In this document: positions 1 to 11,209 of the stretch, one piece after another
Layout of the letters: each line of letters begins with the position of its first letter
Numbering within the stretch: the stretch's first letter is position 1
Assembly (NCBI GenBank): GCA_015065165.1
Contig: SVQU01000007.1
Span: 7,403-71,402, forward strand
From: Oscillospiraceae bacterium
Lineage (GTDB): Bacteria > Bacillota > Clostridia > Oscillospirales > CAG-382
Direction of reading: 5' to 3'
DNA: 64,000 nt
Notes under the pieces: generated by a model
What the model saw: the letters and a program-made list of their open reading frames with translations, nothing else
Told to the model about the DNA's origin: nothing
Database searches by the model: none
Made by a program: the position numbers and the translations under genes

Positions 1-636
1 AAATATCGTGAAGAAACGAAAATGCACCGTTGGAACGTTCCTTACATTCCCATCGACCCGAGAGATATCAGCCGAACCTATGATGCCGACGTTATCAGAG
101 TTAACTCACAAAGCGGAAAAGGCGGCATAGGATATCTGCTTGAACAAACCTATGGTTACGTTTTGCCTTCCGGTATGCGAGAGCATTTAAGCTACGTTTG
201 TAAAGATATTTCCGACAAAGAGCACAGAGAGCTTAAAGTCTCTGAGGTTTTGGAAATTTTCAAATCCAATTATTTCCTTAAAGACTCCCCTATTTCCATT
301 TCGGATATGCACTTCTTCCGTAAAGACGGCAATATAGAAATTGAAATTGTCTTTAACAAGAACAATGAATCTACTAAGGTTACCGCCAAGGGTAACGGTT
401 CGTTGGATGCAGTTAGTAATGCGCTCAAAGCATACACAGGTAAAAATTATGAACTTTTGGTATATACCGAACACAGTATGCAAGAGCAAGGCTCGGGAAG
501 CGTGGCGGCGGCATATATAGGAATTAAAGACGTTTACGGTAATATGAGTTGGGGTGCAGGCACTGATACCGATATTATCCACGCCGGTGCCAATGCATTG
601 TTAAGCGCTTTTGTAAATATGGAGCGAGGTATTTAA
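1..636 (+). CDS. leuA: 2-isopropylmalate synthase, C-terminal part (5' end outside window)
   Basis: Frame 1 is open from nt 1. The translation ...[37 protein letters not shown]... plus a C-terminal regulatory domain is typical of long-form LeuA. It is followed directly by leuCDB. Confidence 0.85.
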   Translation, partial: KYREETKMHRWNVPYIPIDPRDISRTYDADVIRVNSQSGKGGIGYLLEQTYGYVLPSGMREHLSYVCKDISDKEHRELKVSEVLEIFKSNYFLKDSPISISDMHFFRKDGNIEIEIVFNKNNESTKVTAKGNGSLDAVSNALKAYTGKNYELLVYTEHSMQEQGSGSVAAAYIGIKDVYGNMSWGAGTDTDIIHAGANALLSAFVNMERGI

Positions 637-638
637 TT

Positions 639-1898
639 ATGGGGATGACACTTACACAAAAAATTCTCGCCGCACACGCAGGTCTTGATACTGTAACCGC
701 AGGACAGCTTATTGAAGCGGATTTAGACGTGATTCTCGGAAACGATATAACAACACCCGTTGCCATAAATGAATTTAATAAAGCGGGATTTAAAAACGTT
801 TGCAATAACGATAAAATCGCAATAGTTCTTGACCACTTTGTTCCAAACAAGGATATTAAAGCCGCTGAACAATCAAAGGTTTGCAGAAATTTTGTAAAAA
901 AACAAGAGATTAAATATTTTTTCGACGTTGGGAAAATGGGTATTGAACACGCTTTATTACCCGAACAAGGTATCGTTACTATCGGAGATTGCGTTATAGG
1001 CGCCGACAGTCATACTTGTACTTACGGTGCACTGGGTGCCTTTTCAACGGGTGTCGGAAGCACAGATATGGCATATGCTATGGCGACAGGCAAAACCTGG
1101 TTCAAAGTTCCTGCCGCACTTAAATTTGAACTTAAAGGTTCACTTCCGAAGAATTGCAGCGGCAAGGACGTTATTCTCACTATAATCGGAATGATCGGTG
1201 TCGACGGTGCTTTGTATAAAAGCATGGAGTTTGTTGGCGACGGCGTAAAATCCCTTTCCATGGACGATAGATTTTGTATCTGTAATATGGCAATCGAGGC
1301 AGGCGCAAAAAACGGAATTTTCCCTGTTGATGATATTACTTTAAAATACGTTAAAAATCGTGAACAACATAACTCTGTTGTATATACAGCAGATGACGAT
1401 GCTGTTTATGACGAATCCTACGTTATTAATCTTGAGGACATTACGCCCACTGTTGCATGTCCCCATTTACCCGAAAATACAAAACCTGCGTCTTCCTTGA
1501 ATGATATTAAAATCGATCAAGTGGTTATAGGTAGCTGTACCAACGGCCGTATGGAGGATATGGAAGCGACATACAAGGTTTTAAAGGGTAAAAAGGTTGC
1601 CGATGGTGTTCGTTGTATTATCATCCCTGCTACAATGGAAATTCTTCGCGAATGTGTTGAGCGCGGATATTATACAGCTTTTATCGATGCAGGCGCTGTG
1701 GTTTCAACCCCCACTTGCGGCCCCTGCCTTGGCGGTTATATGGGTATTTTAGCTGCAGGCGAAAAATGTATCGCTACCACCAACCGCAATTTCGTAGGCA
1801 GAATGGGACATCCCGAAAGCGAAGTATATTTAGCATCTCCCTACACTGCAGCTGCAAGTGCGATAACAGGATATATCACCGAGTTTAAGGAGGATTAA
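639..1898 (+). CDS. leuC: 3-isopropylmalate dehydratase large subunit
   Basis: 419 aa with aconitase-family motifs ([30 protein letters not shown]). The ATG is 2 nt after the leuA stop, and GGAGCGAGG lies upstream. Confidence 0.95.
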   Translation: MGMTLTQKILAAHAGLDTVTAGQLIEADLDVILGNDITTPVAINEFNKAGFKNVCNNDKIAIVLDHFVPNKDIKAAEQSKVCRNFVKKQEIKYFFDVGKMGIEHALLPEQGIVTIGDCVIGADSHTCTYGALGAFSTGVGSTDMAYAMATGKTWFKVPAALKFELKGSLPKNCSGKDVILTIIGMIGVDGALYKSMEFVGDGVKSLSMDDRFCICNMAIEAGAKNGIFPVDDITLKYVKNREQHNSVVYTADDDAVYDESYVINLEDITPTVACPHLPENTKPASSLNDIKIDQVVIGSCTNGRMEDMEATYKVLKGKKVADGVRCIIIPATMEILRECVERGYYTAFIDAGAVVSTPTCGPCLGGYMGILAAGEKCIATTNRNFVGRMGHPESEVYLASPYTAAASAITGYITEFKED

Positions 1899-1900
1899 TT

Positions 1901-2398
1901 ATGGATACCAAAGGTATTGCTTTTAAATACCCCGACAACGTTGATACCGACGTAATTATTCCTGCGCGCTATCTTAATACGTCGAATGCTTCCGAACTTT
2001 CCATACACTGTATGGAGGATATAGATAAAGACTTTGTCAAAAAGGTAACTGCCGGCGACGTTATCGTTGCAGGATGGAATTTCGGTTGCGGTTCTTCCAG
2101 AGAGCACGCACCCTTGGTTATAAAAACCTGCGGTGTCGGCTGTGTTATCGCAAAAAGCTTTGCGCGAATCTTTTATAGAAATGCAATAAACATAGGTTTA
2201 CCTATTTTAGAATGTGAAGAAGCGGCGGAAGAAATTGCTAACGGCGATGAGATTTCTGTTGACTTTAACACCGGCGAAATATACAATATTACAAAAAACA
2301 AAACGTATAAAGCACAACCTTTCCCTCCTTTTATTCAAAATATCATTAAATGCGGGGGCTTGATGGCTTCTGTAAAGGAAAGCGAAGAAAAACTATGA
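1901..2398 (+). CDS. leuD: 3-isopropylmalate dehydratase small subunit
   Basis: 165 aa swivel domain ([14 protein letters not shown]). A GGAGG RBS is present and the ATG is 2 nt after the leuC stop. Confidence 0.95.
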   Translation: MDTKGIAFKYPDNVDTDVIIPARYLNTSNASELSIHCMEDIDKDFVKKVTAGDVIVAGWNFGCGSSREHAPLVIKTCGVGCVIAKSFARIFYRNAINIGLPILECEEAAEEIANGDEISVDFNTGEIYNITKNKTYKAQPFPPFIQNIIKCGGLMASVKESEEKL

Positions 2399-3480
2399 CA
2401 AAGAACGTTGCCGTTATTCGCGGGGACGGAATCGGTCCCGAAATTACAGAACAAGCAATAAAGGTTCTCGACAGAATTGCCGAAATATACGGACACTCTT
2501 TTAAATACATTAACGTAGATATGGGCGGTTGCTCAATAGATAAATGGGGTGTTCCCCTTACCGAAGAAATGCTTGATAAATGTATTAATTCCGACAGCGT
2601 TTTGTTAGGTGCTGTAGGCGGTCCCAAATGGAATGACGTACCTTCTCATTTACGCCCCGAAAAGGGTTTGTTAAAGCTTCGCGCGGGTATGGGCGTTTAC
2701 AGTAATAACCGCCCCGCAAAAATATGGAATCAACTGTCCGATTCTTCCCCGCTTAAAAAGGAAATCGTAGACAAGGGCATCGATTTTATAATTGTAAGAG
2801 AGCTTATCGGCGGTATATATTTTGGTGAGCACAAAACTGAAAATTGCGATGGCATAGAAAAAGCAACCGACGTTTTGACATATACTTCAAAGGAAATTGA
2901 GCGAATCGGCAGAATCGGTTTTGAAACCGCACAAAAACGTAATAAAAAGCTTTGTTCTGTGGAAAAAAGCAACGTTTTAGATTCCAGCAGACTTTGGAAA
3001 AAGACAATGGAATCTTTAGCAAAAGAATATATCGACGTAGAACTTACACATATGCTTGTAGATAATTGCGCGATGCAGATTGTAAAAAATCCCTCGCAAT
3101 TTGACGTTATCGTTACCGAAAATATGTTTGGAGATATTCTTTCGGACGAAGCCTCTATGATTACAGGCTCTATTGGTATGATACCTTCCTCCAGCTTAGG
3201 CGCGACAAGCTGTGGCTTGTACGAGCCAATCCACGGATCTGCCCCTGACATAGCAGGCAAGGATATTGCTAACCCTATCGGCATTATTCTTTCCGCAGCA
3301 ATGATGTTAAGATACAGCTTTGATATGAATGACGAGGCAGACTGTATTGAAAAGGCGGTGTCCGCTTTCTTGGACAAAGGATACAGAACGGCGGATATTA
3401 TGCCACCTAACGGCGAATTTATTCTCGTTGGATGCAAGGAATGTGGCAAAATTATTACAGAAAATCTTGTAAAGGAATGA
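2395..3480 (+). CDS. leuB: 3-isopropylmalate dehydrogenase
   Basis: I moved the start to ATG 2395 ([17 protein letters not shown]...), which overlaps the leuD stop as ATGA. The [20 protein letters not shown] motif is present. The 15 upstream codons of the ORF-track call lie inside leuD. Confidence 0.93.
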   Translation: MTKNVAVIRGDGIGPEITEQAIKVLDRIAEIYGHSFKYINVDMGGCSIDKWGVPLTEEMLDKCINSDSVLLGAVGGPKWNDVPSHLRPEKGLLKLRAGMGVYSNNRPAKIWNQLSDSSPLKKEIVDKGIDFIIVRELIGGIYFGEHKTENCDGIEKATDVLTYTSKEIERIGRIGFETAQKRNKKLCSVEKSNVLDSSRLWKKTMESLAKEYIDVELTHMLVDNCAMQIVKNPSQFDVIVTENMFGDILSDEASMITGSIGMIPSSSLGATSCGLYEPIHGSAPDIAGKDIANPIGIILSAAMMLRYSFDMNDEADCIEKAVSAFLDKGYRTADIMPPNGEFILVGCKECGKIITENLVKE

Positions 3481-3484
3481 AAAA

Positions 3485-5152
3485 ATGATTTTATCGGGTT
3501 CGGATATAATTGTTCGCACGCTTATTGAACAAGGCGTGGATATCGTTTTTGGATATCCGGGCGGACAAGTTATTAACATTTACGATTCTCTTTATAAATA
3601 TCAAAACGAAATAAATCATATACTTACTGCCCACGAGCAAGGCGCTGCCCACGCGGCGGACGGATATGCAAGAAGTACGGGTAAACCGGGTATTGTTATT
3701 GCAACCTCTGGTCCCGGTGCAACAAACCTTGTTACGGGCATAGCCACCGCATACCTTGATTCAATCCCAATGATTGCTATCACGGGTAACGTTGCTACAA
3801 CCTCAATAGGTACAGACAGTTTTCAAGAGGTTGATATCACAGGGGTTACCCTGCCAATAACAAAGCACAACTATTTCGTTAGTGATATATCCGAGCTTGC
3901 TGATACCATAAGGGAAGCGTTTAGTCTTTCTGTTTCGGGAAGACCCGGACCTGTTTTAATTGACATCCCCAAAGACGTTCAAACCGCAGTTTGTGAATTT
4001 ACTCCTGCAGACAAAATCACACCCGATGAAAGGTTTCCTGCAAAAGATATACGCATCCAAGCTGCAGCGGAATGCATTAACAAATGCAAAAAGCCTTTTA
4101 TATATTTTGGCGGAGGCTTAACTGCAAGCGGAGCCCAAAAGGAAATGCTTGCGCTTGCCGAAAAGATAGATGCACCCTTGGGGTGCTCAATGATGGGCAT
4201 ATCCGCAATTCCCACCGACACCGACGGTTTCTTGGGTATGCAAGGTATGCACGGGCATTTAGCCTGCACCACCGCTATGCACAATGCCGATTGTATTATC
4301 GCTTTAGGCGTTCGATTTAACGACCGCGTTATGGGTGATATGAAAAAGTTTGCCCTTAATGCAAAAATAGTTCATATCGATATCGACGGCGCGGAAATAT
4401 CTAAAAATACGTTAGATTTCACAGGCTTGAGAGGCGATTTAAAGGAAACTCTTATAAAACTTCTACCATTAATAAAGGAATCAAAGAAGCCTAATTGGAA
4501 AAAAGATATACAAGAATATAAAGATTTTGAAAACAAAAATTCAGACACTCGCGATGGCTTCACACCAAAGAATATTATCGAACATCTTAACAAGCATTTT
4601 AAACAAGGTACTGCGGTTGTTACCGACGTTGGTCAGCACCAAATGTGGGCGGCTCAATACATTTCCCTAAAAAGCCAAAGAAAGTTTATTTCCAGCGGCG
4701 GTTTGGGCACTATGGGCTTTGGTTTGGGTGCGGCAATTGGAAGCACCTTTGCAAATAAAGAAAGAGTCGTGTTAATTACAGGCGACGGAAGCTTTGGCAT
4801 GAACCTTAACGAGCTGGCAACGGCAGTAAGATACAACCTGCCCATTACAGTTATTATTATGAATAACAGCGCTTTGGGCATGGTCAGACAATGGCAAACA
4901 TTTTTCTTTGAAAAGCGTTATTCCAATACTGATATTAATTCCACTACGGATTTTGTTGCACTTGCAAAAGCATTCGGCGCGTCGGGTGAAAAGGTTAACA
5001 CCTTAGATGGATTTAATAGCGCGGTTGAAACGTCGTTCAAGTGCGACGGCACATACATTATTGATTGCGAAATCAGCAAGGAAGAGCTTGTTTTACCTAT
5101 GCTTCCCTCGGGCGGAAGTATGGAAGATATTATAATTAATTTTGAGGAATAA
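3485..5152 (+). CDS. ilvB: acetolactate synthase large (catalytic) subunit, ThDP-dependent
   Basis: 555 aa with [13 protein letters not shown] and the ThDP motif [15 protein letters not shown]...GDGSFGMN...NN. Confidence 0.93.
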   Translation: MILSGSDIIVRTLIEQGVDIVFGYPGGQVINIYDSLYKYQNEINHILTAHEQGAAHAADGYARSTGKPGIVIATSGPGATNLVTGIATAYLDSIPMIAITGNVATTSIGTDSFQEVDITGVTLPITKHNYFVSDISELADTIREAFSLSVSGRPGPVLIDIPKDVQTAVCEFTPADKITPDERFPAKDIRIQAAAECINKCKKPFIYFGGGLTASGAQKEMLALAEKIDAPLGCSMMGISAIPTDTDGFLGMQGMHGHLACTTAMHNADCIIALGVRFNDRVMGDMKKFALNAKIVHIDIDGAEISKNTLDFTGLRGDLKETLIKLLPLIKESKKPNWKKDIQEYKDFENKNSDTRDGFTPKNIIEHLNKHFKQGTAVVTDVGQHQMWAAQYISLKSQRKFISSGGLGTMGFGLGAAIGSTFANKERVVLITGDGSFGMNLNELATAVRYNLPITVIIMNNSALGMVRQWQTFFFEKRYSNTDINSTTDFVALAKAFGASGEKVNTLDGFNSAVETSFKCDGTYIIDCEISKEELVLPMLPSGGSMEDIIINFEE

Positions 5153-5153
5153 T

Positions 5154-5660
5154 ATGAACAGATACACAGTTGCGGTTTTAGTACAAAACAAATTCGGTGT
5201 TTTGAATAAGGTTACAAGTATGTTCAGACGCCGCCAATTTAATATAAGTTCATTGACGGTTAGCGAAACCGAATCCAACGAATTTTCGCGTATTACCGTT
5301 ACCTTTGACGGCGACGAGATAAAAGAGCAACAGCTTGTTAATCAGCTTTACAAACTGCCCGACGTAGTTTCAATACGTGAGCTTGACGGCAAAAATACAG
5401 TCAGTGCCGAATTACTTTTAATCAAAATGGCAAATGAAGCAGAAACCCGTGGCGATATAATTGCCGCCGCCGATGCATTCGAGGCAAAAACCGTTGATTA
5501 TTCAAGAGAATCCATGGTATTTCAGCTTACCGCCGACAGCATTCGTATTGATGAATTTATAAACCTTATGAGAGATTATAATATTCTTGAAATATGCAGA
5601 ACGGGTATTGTTTCTCTTGAAAAAGGTGCAGAGACCATTAGAAAAGTTACAAATTTATAA
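5154..5660 (+). CDS. ilvN: acetolactate synthase small (regulatory, ACT-domain) subunit
   Basis: MNRYTVAVLVQNKFGVLNKVTSMFRRRQFNISSL is the classic ACT N-terminus. I moved the start to ATG 5154, just after the ilvB stop. Confidence 0.9.
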   Translation: MNRYTVAVLVQNKFGVLNKVTSMFRRRQFNISSLTVSETESNEFSRITVTFDGDEIKEQQLVNQLYKLPDVVSIRELDGKNTVSAELLLIKMANEAETRGDIIAAADAFEAKTVDYSRESMVFQLTADSIRIDEFINLMRDYNILEICRTGIVSLEKGAETIRKVTNL

Positions 5661-5667
5661 GCATAAC

Positions 5668-5700
5668 AAAAACCGAAGGGTGTTATTCCCCTTCGGTTTT
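5668..5700. terminator. bidirectional rho-independent terminator (ilvN / histidine phosphatase, convergent)
   Basis: Stem CCGAAGGG (5673-5680) pairs with CCCTTCGG (5689-5696). It is flanked by an A-run 5' and TTTT 3'. Confidence 0.8.
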
Positions 5701-5704
5701 ATCT

Positions 5705-6223
5705 TTATAATTCAAATTCAACGATTTCGCCGTTTTTAGGTAAATGACCGCCTGTTATCGCCTGTATAAGCGTACCGTGGCAAGCCACAACAACTTTATC
5801 AAGGTGTTTATATTTTTCCAAAACGGGGATAACTCGCGCACGAATATCCGCTGACGTTTCCCAATTAAGCTTGGAATCCTCTTTGTGTTCCCCGCTGTTT
5901 TCTGTATATTCGCGGTAAGCATTAATAGCGGTTTCATCATCCTCGTAGATGTAATCCTTATTAGCTATCCATTCGTGCAAATCGGTTTCAACGGTTATAT
6001 CCACACCAAGATTTTTTGAAAGTATTGCCGCAGTTTGCAAAGCGCGTGTATAAGGTGAACTTAAAATCAAATCCGCATCCTTCAAACGAGGGTCTCTCGA
6101 CGTAATCTGAATTTGCTCTATTCCCTCTTTTGACAAAGGAGAAAGGTTTACGCCATACCCTTGATAAATCCTTGTATTTTGCAAAGAATAATCGGTATTT
6201 CCGTGTCGAACTAAATAAAACAT
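5705..6223 (-). CDS. histidine phosphatase family protein (phosphoglycerate-mutase-like)
   Basis: 172 aa with an N-terminal RHG catalytic motif (MFYLVRHGNTDY) and a second His motif (ACHGTLI). Confidence 0.8.
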   Translation of the reverse strand: MFYLVRHGNTDYSLQNTRIYQGYGVNLSPLSKEGIEQIQITSRDPRLKDADLILSSPYTRALQTAAILSKNLGVDITVETDLHEWIANKDYIYEDDETAINAYREYTENSGEHKEDSKLNWETSADIRARVIPVLEKYKHLDKVVVACHGTLIQAITGGHLPKNGEIVEFEL

Positions 6224-6228
6224 ATAAG

Positions 6229-6825
6229 TTAAATCTCTATTTTTCTGTTTTTAAAGTAAAAATCTTTATCTCGCTGACTAACCTCGCGCATAACCCTACA
6301 TGGATTACCGACGGCAACCACGTTAGATGGGATGTCTTTTGTTACAACACTTCCTGCGCCGATTATAACATTATCGCCTATTGTTACACCCGGCAAAACA
6401 ATTACGCCTGCGCCAAGCCAACAGTTCTTACCGATATGCACTGGGGCATTATACTGATATCCCTGCTCGCGCAATTCGGGTAAAATAGGATGTCCCGCGG
6501 TAGCAATAACAACGTTAGGACCAAACATTGTGTAATCTCCAACGTAAATGTGCGTATCATCAACAAGGGTGAGATTAAAATTACCATAAACGTTTTTTCC
6601 GAAATGAACGTGCCGTCCTCCCCAGTTGGAGTGAAAGGGAGGCTCAATATAGCAGTTATCACCGATTTCCGCAAACATTTCTTTAAGCATCGCCGTTCTC
6701 TTTTCAATTTCGTGGGGACGGGTTGCATTGAAATCATAAAGCCTTTCAAGACAATCAAGTTGTTCCGCCATTACAGAATCATCCATAGGCAAATACAACT
6801 CGCCTGTATGTAATTTGTTAATCAT
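6229..6825 (-). CDS. maa: maltose/galactoside-type sugar O-acetyltransferase (left-handed beta-helix)
   Basis: 198 aa with the Mac N-terminal region (GELYLPMDD...LDCLERLYDFN) and hexapeptide repeats (IGKNCWLGAGVIVLPGVTIGDNVIIGAGSVV). Confidence 0.85.
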   Translation of the reverse strand: MINKLHTGELYLPMDDSVMAEQLDCLERLYDFNATRPHEIEKRTAMLKEMFAEIGDNCYIEPPFHSNWGGRHVHFGKNVYGNFNLTLVDDTHIYVGDYTMFGPNVVIATAGHPILPELREQGYQYNAPVHIGKNCWLGAGVIVLPGVTIGDNVIIGAGSVVTKDIPSNVVAVGNPCRVMREVSQRDKDFYFKNRKIEI

Positions 6826-7954
6826 TTGTATATCCTTTTTCAGAAGCTTTAACAGCCATAGAAATCAATTCACGTTCGGTTTCAATATCCTGAGGAAAAG
6901 GATAATTTTTAGCCGTCTTTTCGAAAACGCGCATTAGTTTATCCGCTTTCTTTTCATCCATTTCTATAATTTTAGCAATGAGATATTCTGTTCGAACAAC
7001 CGAAATGCTTTGTCTCATAGATTTCATAAGCTTTCTTTGCTCTTTAGTAAGCAGTTCCTCGATAACTTGGCGGCGGTTTTCTCCCATTAATTCACACAGA
7101 ATACAATCACATACCGCAAGGCACTTATATATGCCGATAAGTACGTCATCATTAATGTAACGTCTCATTTGTTGGTCCGCTTCTTCAAATCGATGTTGTT
7201 CCATCATACGGTTACAGCAAAACACACCTATTGCCGAAATCAAAGGATTTTTCATTTCATCATCCGCAGGAAGTACAAACCATTCATCGGGCATATCTTT
7301 TAAAGAACGCCCCTTTGTCGATTCTGCATTAATTTTCAGTTGAAGCCAAAGTGCTCTACGCGCATTAGCATCCTTTCTCAGAGACCAAGCGTTGTAACCG
7401 TCGTTGGTTATTATTTTAGAACGCATGGGAAGTCCGTTTGTTATCGCAGAAACCAAACTATTGGCGGCAATTATCTTAAATATCGATGATAACCAAGGAT
7501 TCGAAAACGCAATTGACAAGAAAAATATTATTAATGCCGTAATTAAATCCGCTAAAGCACCACCCAGATTATATAAAACACTGGGATAGTCTCCATTCTG
7601 CATTTCAGGAGGAACCAATAAGCACTGCCCGCCTGTACCCGCAAGGCTGAAACGCTTTACTTTAAATTTCCCGTTATCTTTTACTATCATAAAGCTGAAA
7701 ATACGAAAAGAAGAAAACTCGTATCCGCTGATTAAACCGCATACCAAATGTCCCGCTTCGTGTATAATAACGTTAAGAATAATAGCAATAAATAATATAG
7801 GAAAAAACGCCAAATTATAAATAGGATCATAATTTGCCAAGGATTCTCCAAGCGTATGCCCTGCATAATACCCTAACGCAATATAGAGTAAAAACGAAAC
7901 TATAGGCAATAGATAAATTTTTTTCTTTTTATTGTCGGTCATACTATTCACCAA
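6818..7954 (-). CDS. polytopic membrane protein with HExxH motif (M50/S2P-like putative metalloprotease) and helical soluble C-terminal half
   Basis: 378 aa. IIHEAGHLVCG lies inside a hydrophobic segment, there are several predicted TM helices, and the ~180-aa C-terminus is helical. Family assignment is by motif only. Confidence 0.55.
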   Translation of the reverse strand: MVNSMTDNKKKKIYLLPIVSFLLYIALGYYAGHTLGESLANYDPIYNLAFFPILFIAIILNVIIHEAGHLVCGLISGYEFSSFRIFSFMIVKDNGKFKVKRFSLAGTGGQCLLVPPEMQNGDYPSVLYNLGGALADLITALIIFFLSIAFSNPWLSSIFKIIAANSLVSAITNGLPMRSKIITNDGYNAWSLRKDANARRALWLQLKINAESTKGRSLKDMPDEWFVLPADDEMKNPLISAIGVFCCNRMMEQHRFEEADQQMRRYINDDVLIGIYKCLAVCDCILCELMGENRRQVIEELLTKEQRKLMKSMRQSISVVRTEYLIAKIIEMDEKKADKLMRVFEKTAKNYPFPQDIETERELISMAVKASEKGYTND

Positions 7955-9185
7955 GCATTTCCGAAACGGCAGTAAGAATACCTAATTTTCCGCTTTCATA
8001 AGTCAGACCGCCTTGCATATATACAAGATAAGGTTCTCGCAGAGGGGCGTCCGCAGAAAGCTCGATAGAGCTGCCCTGTGTAAACGCACCTGCCGCCATT
8101 ACCACCGAATCGTTATATCCCGGCATTTCCCATCCCTCGGGAGTTACAAAGCTATCAACGGGCGAGCCCTTTTGTATGCCCGCACAGAATTTAAGTACGT
8201 TTTCTGCGTTGTGCAATCTTATAACTTGAATTATATCGCTTCTACGTTCTTTAGACGCGGGATTACATTCGAAACCTAATTTTTCAAACATTGCCGCGGC
8301 AAAGTGTGCGGTTTTAATTGCTTGTGCAGTAATATGAGGTGCAAAGAAAAGCCCCTTTATCATAGGCTTTGTTGCGCCCATAGATGCCCCTGCCTCAAGA
8401 CCTATACCGGGAACGGTAAGACGGTATGATGCAAGCTCAACAGCTCTTTTTGTGCCCACAATATATCCGCCTGTTTCGGCGATACCGCCGCCTGCGTTTT
8501 TAATAAGCGAGCCAACAAGCAAATCACCTTTGGGTTCTTCGTCTTCACAGAATTCACCGTAGCAGTTATCTACTACCATATAAACCCCGTCAAATTTGCG
8601 AACCAAATCAAACAAAGCGTTAATCTCTGCAACGGTAAGCGTACGGCGGTCGCCATAGCCCTTGGAACGCTGAACAAACACAACCTTAATGGTTTTATCG
8701 TCAGACAGAGTTTTTTCAATCTCTGCCATATTAAGGGTGTTTCCGTTAACAAGGTCAATTTGTCTGTAGTTCACCCTATATTCCATAAGTGAACCCTCGC
8801 CGTTTTTATCGCTTCCGCCAAGACCGATTACGTTATCCAGCGTATCATAAGGTTTACCGCTGACGGACAACATTGTATCATCGGGACGCAAAAGACCGTA
8901 AAGAGCAATAGCAAGGGCGTGTGTGCCCGAAATTATCTGTGAACGGGCAAAACCTGCCTCTGCACCAAACGCCTCTGCAAACATTTTATCGCAAAGGTCT
9001 CTGCCGTCGTCATTATATCCGTAACCGCAGGTTGAATTAAAATGACGGTCGGACAAACGGTTTTCGCGAAAAATCGACATCACTTTTTCTGTATTTTTAA
9101 ATGCAATTTTATCGATATCGGCATAAATAGGCGCTAATTCTTTTTCGCATTCTTCTGCCAATTTCAAAATCTTTTCATTGAACAT
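7944..9185 (-). CDS. methionine gamma-lyase-family / YnbB-like PLP-dependent protein (so-called aluminium-resistance family)
   Basis: 413 aa. The N-terminus (...FRENRLSDRHFNSTCGYGYNDDGRD...FGAEAGFARSQIISGTHA) is characteristic of this family. Confidence 0.7.
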   Translation of the reverse strand: MFNEKILKLAEECEKELAPIYADIDKIAFKNTEKVMSIFRENRLSDRHFNSTCGYGYNDDGRDLCDKMFAEAFGAEAGFARSQIISGTHALAIALYGLLRPDDTMLSVSGKPYDTLDNVIGLGGSDKNGEGSLMEYRVNYRQIDLVNGNTLNMAEIEKTLSDDKTIKVVFVQRSKGYGDRRTLTVAEINALFDLVRKFDGVYMVVDNCYGEFCEDEEPKGDLLVGSLIKNAGGGIAETGGYIVGTKRAVELASYRLTVPGIGLEAGASMGATKPMIKGLFFAPHITAQAIKTAHFAAAMFEKLGFECNPASKERRSDIIQVIRLHNAENVLKFCAGIQKGSPVDSFVTPEGWEMPGYNDSVVMAAGAFTQGSSIELSADAPLREPYLVYMQGGLTYESGKLGILTAVSEMLGE

Positions 9186-9186
9186 T

Positions 9187-10179
9187 TTAAATTCCTTTTT
9201 CGATAAATGCAGTTAAAAGCTTAACACAAGCTTCCATATCTTTTGTATCGATTGTTTCTACGGGTGTATGTGTGTATCTTGTAGGCAAAGAAATACAGCA
9301 AGCATGAGAGCCTGCGCCCGCAAGCTGCATTTTAGAAGTATCAGTACCGCCTGCAAGCAATACTTCATATTGATATTTAATCTTATTTTCTTCGGCAAGT
9401 TCGGTAAGTCTGTCAACCATTTTGGGAGAGCAGATAACCGAGCTGTCTTTAATCTTAATTGCCGCACCGCCGCCGAGCTTAACCGTAAAGTGGTTGGGGT
9501 TTCCGCAGGCGGGCGCGGGAGTGATATCCAAAGCAATAGAATAATCGGGCATAATAGCAAAGGAAGAGGGCTGAGCACCGCGGCAACCTACTTCTTCCTG
9601 AACGGTGAATACAAAATAGGTGTCGTACGCGGGAGTTTCGCAGTTAAGCGCCGCATAGGTTGCAATAGTACAGCAAATTCTATCGTCAAAGGCTTTCGAG
9701 GTATAACGTGTTGCAGAAAGTTTTTTAACCATAGGCGCAACTGCACATACATCTCCGATTTTAACCTTTCTCTTTGCAGAAGAAGCGGTATCGCAACCAA
9801 TATCTACAAACAATTTGGAAGTAGTGATATCTGCAGCACGTGTACCGTCCTCGATAACGAGAATACCCGAAACACCGTTTTGGAACTTCACGTTATGAAA
9901 ACTGGAAGCCACAGGATTAATTCCGCCTATAGGCGCAACGCGTATAAGACCGTTATCTTCGATATTAACCGCCATAAAGCCGATTTCATCCATATGAGCA
10001 GCTATCATAAGCTTTTTAGAAGAATCCTTACCCTTTTTAAAGGCAATTACGTTGCCAACAGCATCAACGGTTATGCTGTCTACAGCAGATTTAAGGTCTT
10101 TGGAAATAATTTCGGAAAGTTGGGTTTCAAATCCCGATACAGAGAACGCATTTTGATATTTTTTCATTATATTAAGCAT
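9187..10179 (-). CDS. M42 family metallo-aminopeptidase (TET/FrvX/CelM-like), paralog 3
   Basis: 330 aa with the metal-ligand motifs AAHMDEIGF, FDDR, VQEEVGCRGA, ALDITPA and RYTHTP. Confidence 0.85.
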   Translation of the reverse strand: MLNIMKKYQNAFSVSGFETQLSEIISKDLKSAVDSITVDAVGNVIAFKKGKDSSKKLMIAAHMDEIGFMAVNIEDNGLIRVAPIGGINPVASSFHNVKFQNGVSGILVIEDGTRAADITTSKLFVDIGCDTASSAKRKVKIGDVCAVAPMVKKLSATRYTSKAFDDRICCTIATYAALNCETPAYDTYFVFTVQEEVGCRGAQPSSFAIMPDYSIALDITPAPACGNPNHFTVKLGGGAAIKIKDSSVICSPKMVDRLTELAEENKIKYQYEVLLAGGTDTSKMQLAGAGSHACCISLPTRYTHTPVETIDTKDMEACVKLLTAFIEKGI

Positions 10180-11198
10180 TAGTCAAAGCTCCTTTCATTA
10201 AGCGCAGATACAAGGTCTGCAACAGCTTCCATATCACTCATTTTAAGAACGTTAGATTGAGAATGTATATATCTTGCAGGGGCGCTTATTGCCAAAACCT
10301 TTGCCCCCTCGGCACCGCGCTGATATTCGCCTGCCTCGTTACCGCCCGCGATAACGTTTTTATATTGCCACTTTATATTCTTTTCGGTGGCTATTTCAAC
10401 GGCGGCTTCCAGCAAGCCTTGGTCATATATAGTACTTCTATCCATAATGGAAAGCACCGCACCCGAGCCAACCTGACAAGCGCATTTCGATTTAGGAACA
10501 CCTAAAATATCACCTGCCGTTGTGGTTTCTATAACAACAACCACGTCGGGACGTAAATTGTGAGCAACCTCTTTTGCACCGTCGCAACCTACTTCTTCGC
10601 AAGTGTTAAATGCAAAATAGGTGTCATATTCAAGCTCGCTGTTTATCATTGCAACAAGAATTGCGCAACCGAATCTATCGTCAAGAGCTTTCGAGCAAAC
10701 CATACCGTCGCCGAATTCTTCATAATTAGGAACAAACGTTGCGCAATCGCCAATAGAAACGTATTTCAAAGCAGTTTCTCTGTCGGATGCGCCTATATCG
10801 ATATGCATAGACGAAATAGCTTCGCACTTACCCTTTTCCTCGGGTGTCTGCATATGAACGGCTTTTGAAGCCACAACACCGGGCAGATTACTTTCGCAGA
10901 AAACAAGACGTCTTCCGCTTACAACGCGTCTGTCTACACCGCCGATAGCATCAAAAAGTATATAGCCTTGTTCATCAATATATTTGACCATAAAGCCCAC
11001 TTCATCCATATGGGCAGAAAACAAAACCTTTTTTGCTCGACTCTTTTTACCCTTTTTAAATACAAGCAGGTTACCTACAGCATCGGTCTTATATTCGCAT
11101 CCCGAATCCTTAATATCGGCAATTATTGCTTCGCGTACTGCATCCTCCATTCCCGAGGGACCGAGGATATCGCAGTATTTTTTCAAATATCTTTTCAT
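10179..11198 (-). CDS. M42 family metallo-aminopeptidase, paralog 2
   Basis: 339 aa with SAHMDEVGF, LDDRFG, TCEEVGCDGA, VIETTTA and RYIHSQ. It shares 1 nt with the downstream paralog. Confidence 0.85.
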   Translation of the reverse strand: MKRYLKKYCDILGPSGMEDAVREAIIADIKDSGCEYKTDAVGNLLVFKKGKKSRAKKVLFSAHMDEVGFMVKYIDEQGYILFDAIGGVDRRVVSGRRLVFCESNLPGVVASKAVHMQTPEEKGKCEAISSMHIDIGASDRETALKYVSIGDCATFVPNYEEFGDGMVCSKALDDRFGCAILVAMINSELEYDTYFAFNTCEEVGCDGAKEVAHNLRPDVVVVIETTTAGDILGVPKSKCACQVGSGAVLSIMDRSTIYDQGLLEAAVEIATEKNIKWQYKNVIAGGNEAGEYQRGAEGAKVLAISAPARYIHSQSNVLKMSDMEAVADLVSALNERSFD

Positions 11199-11209
11199 AG
11201 TTTCCCTCC

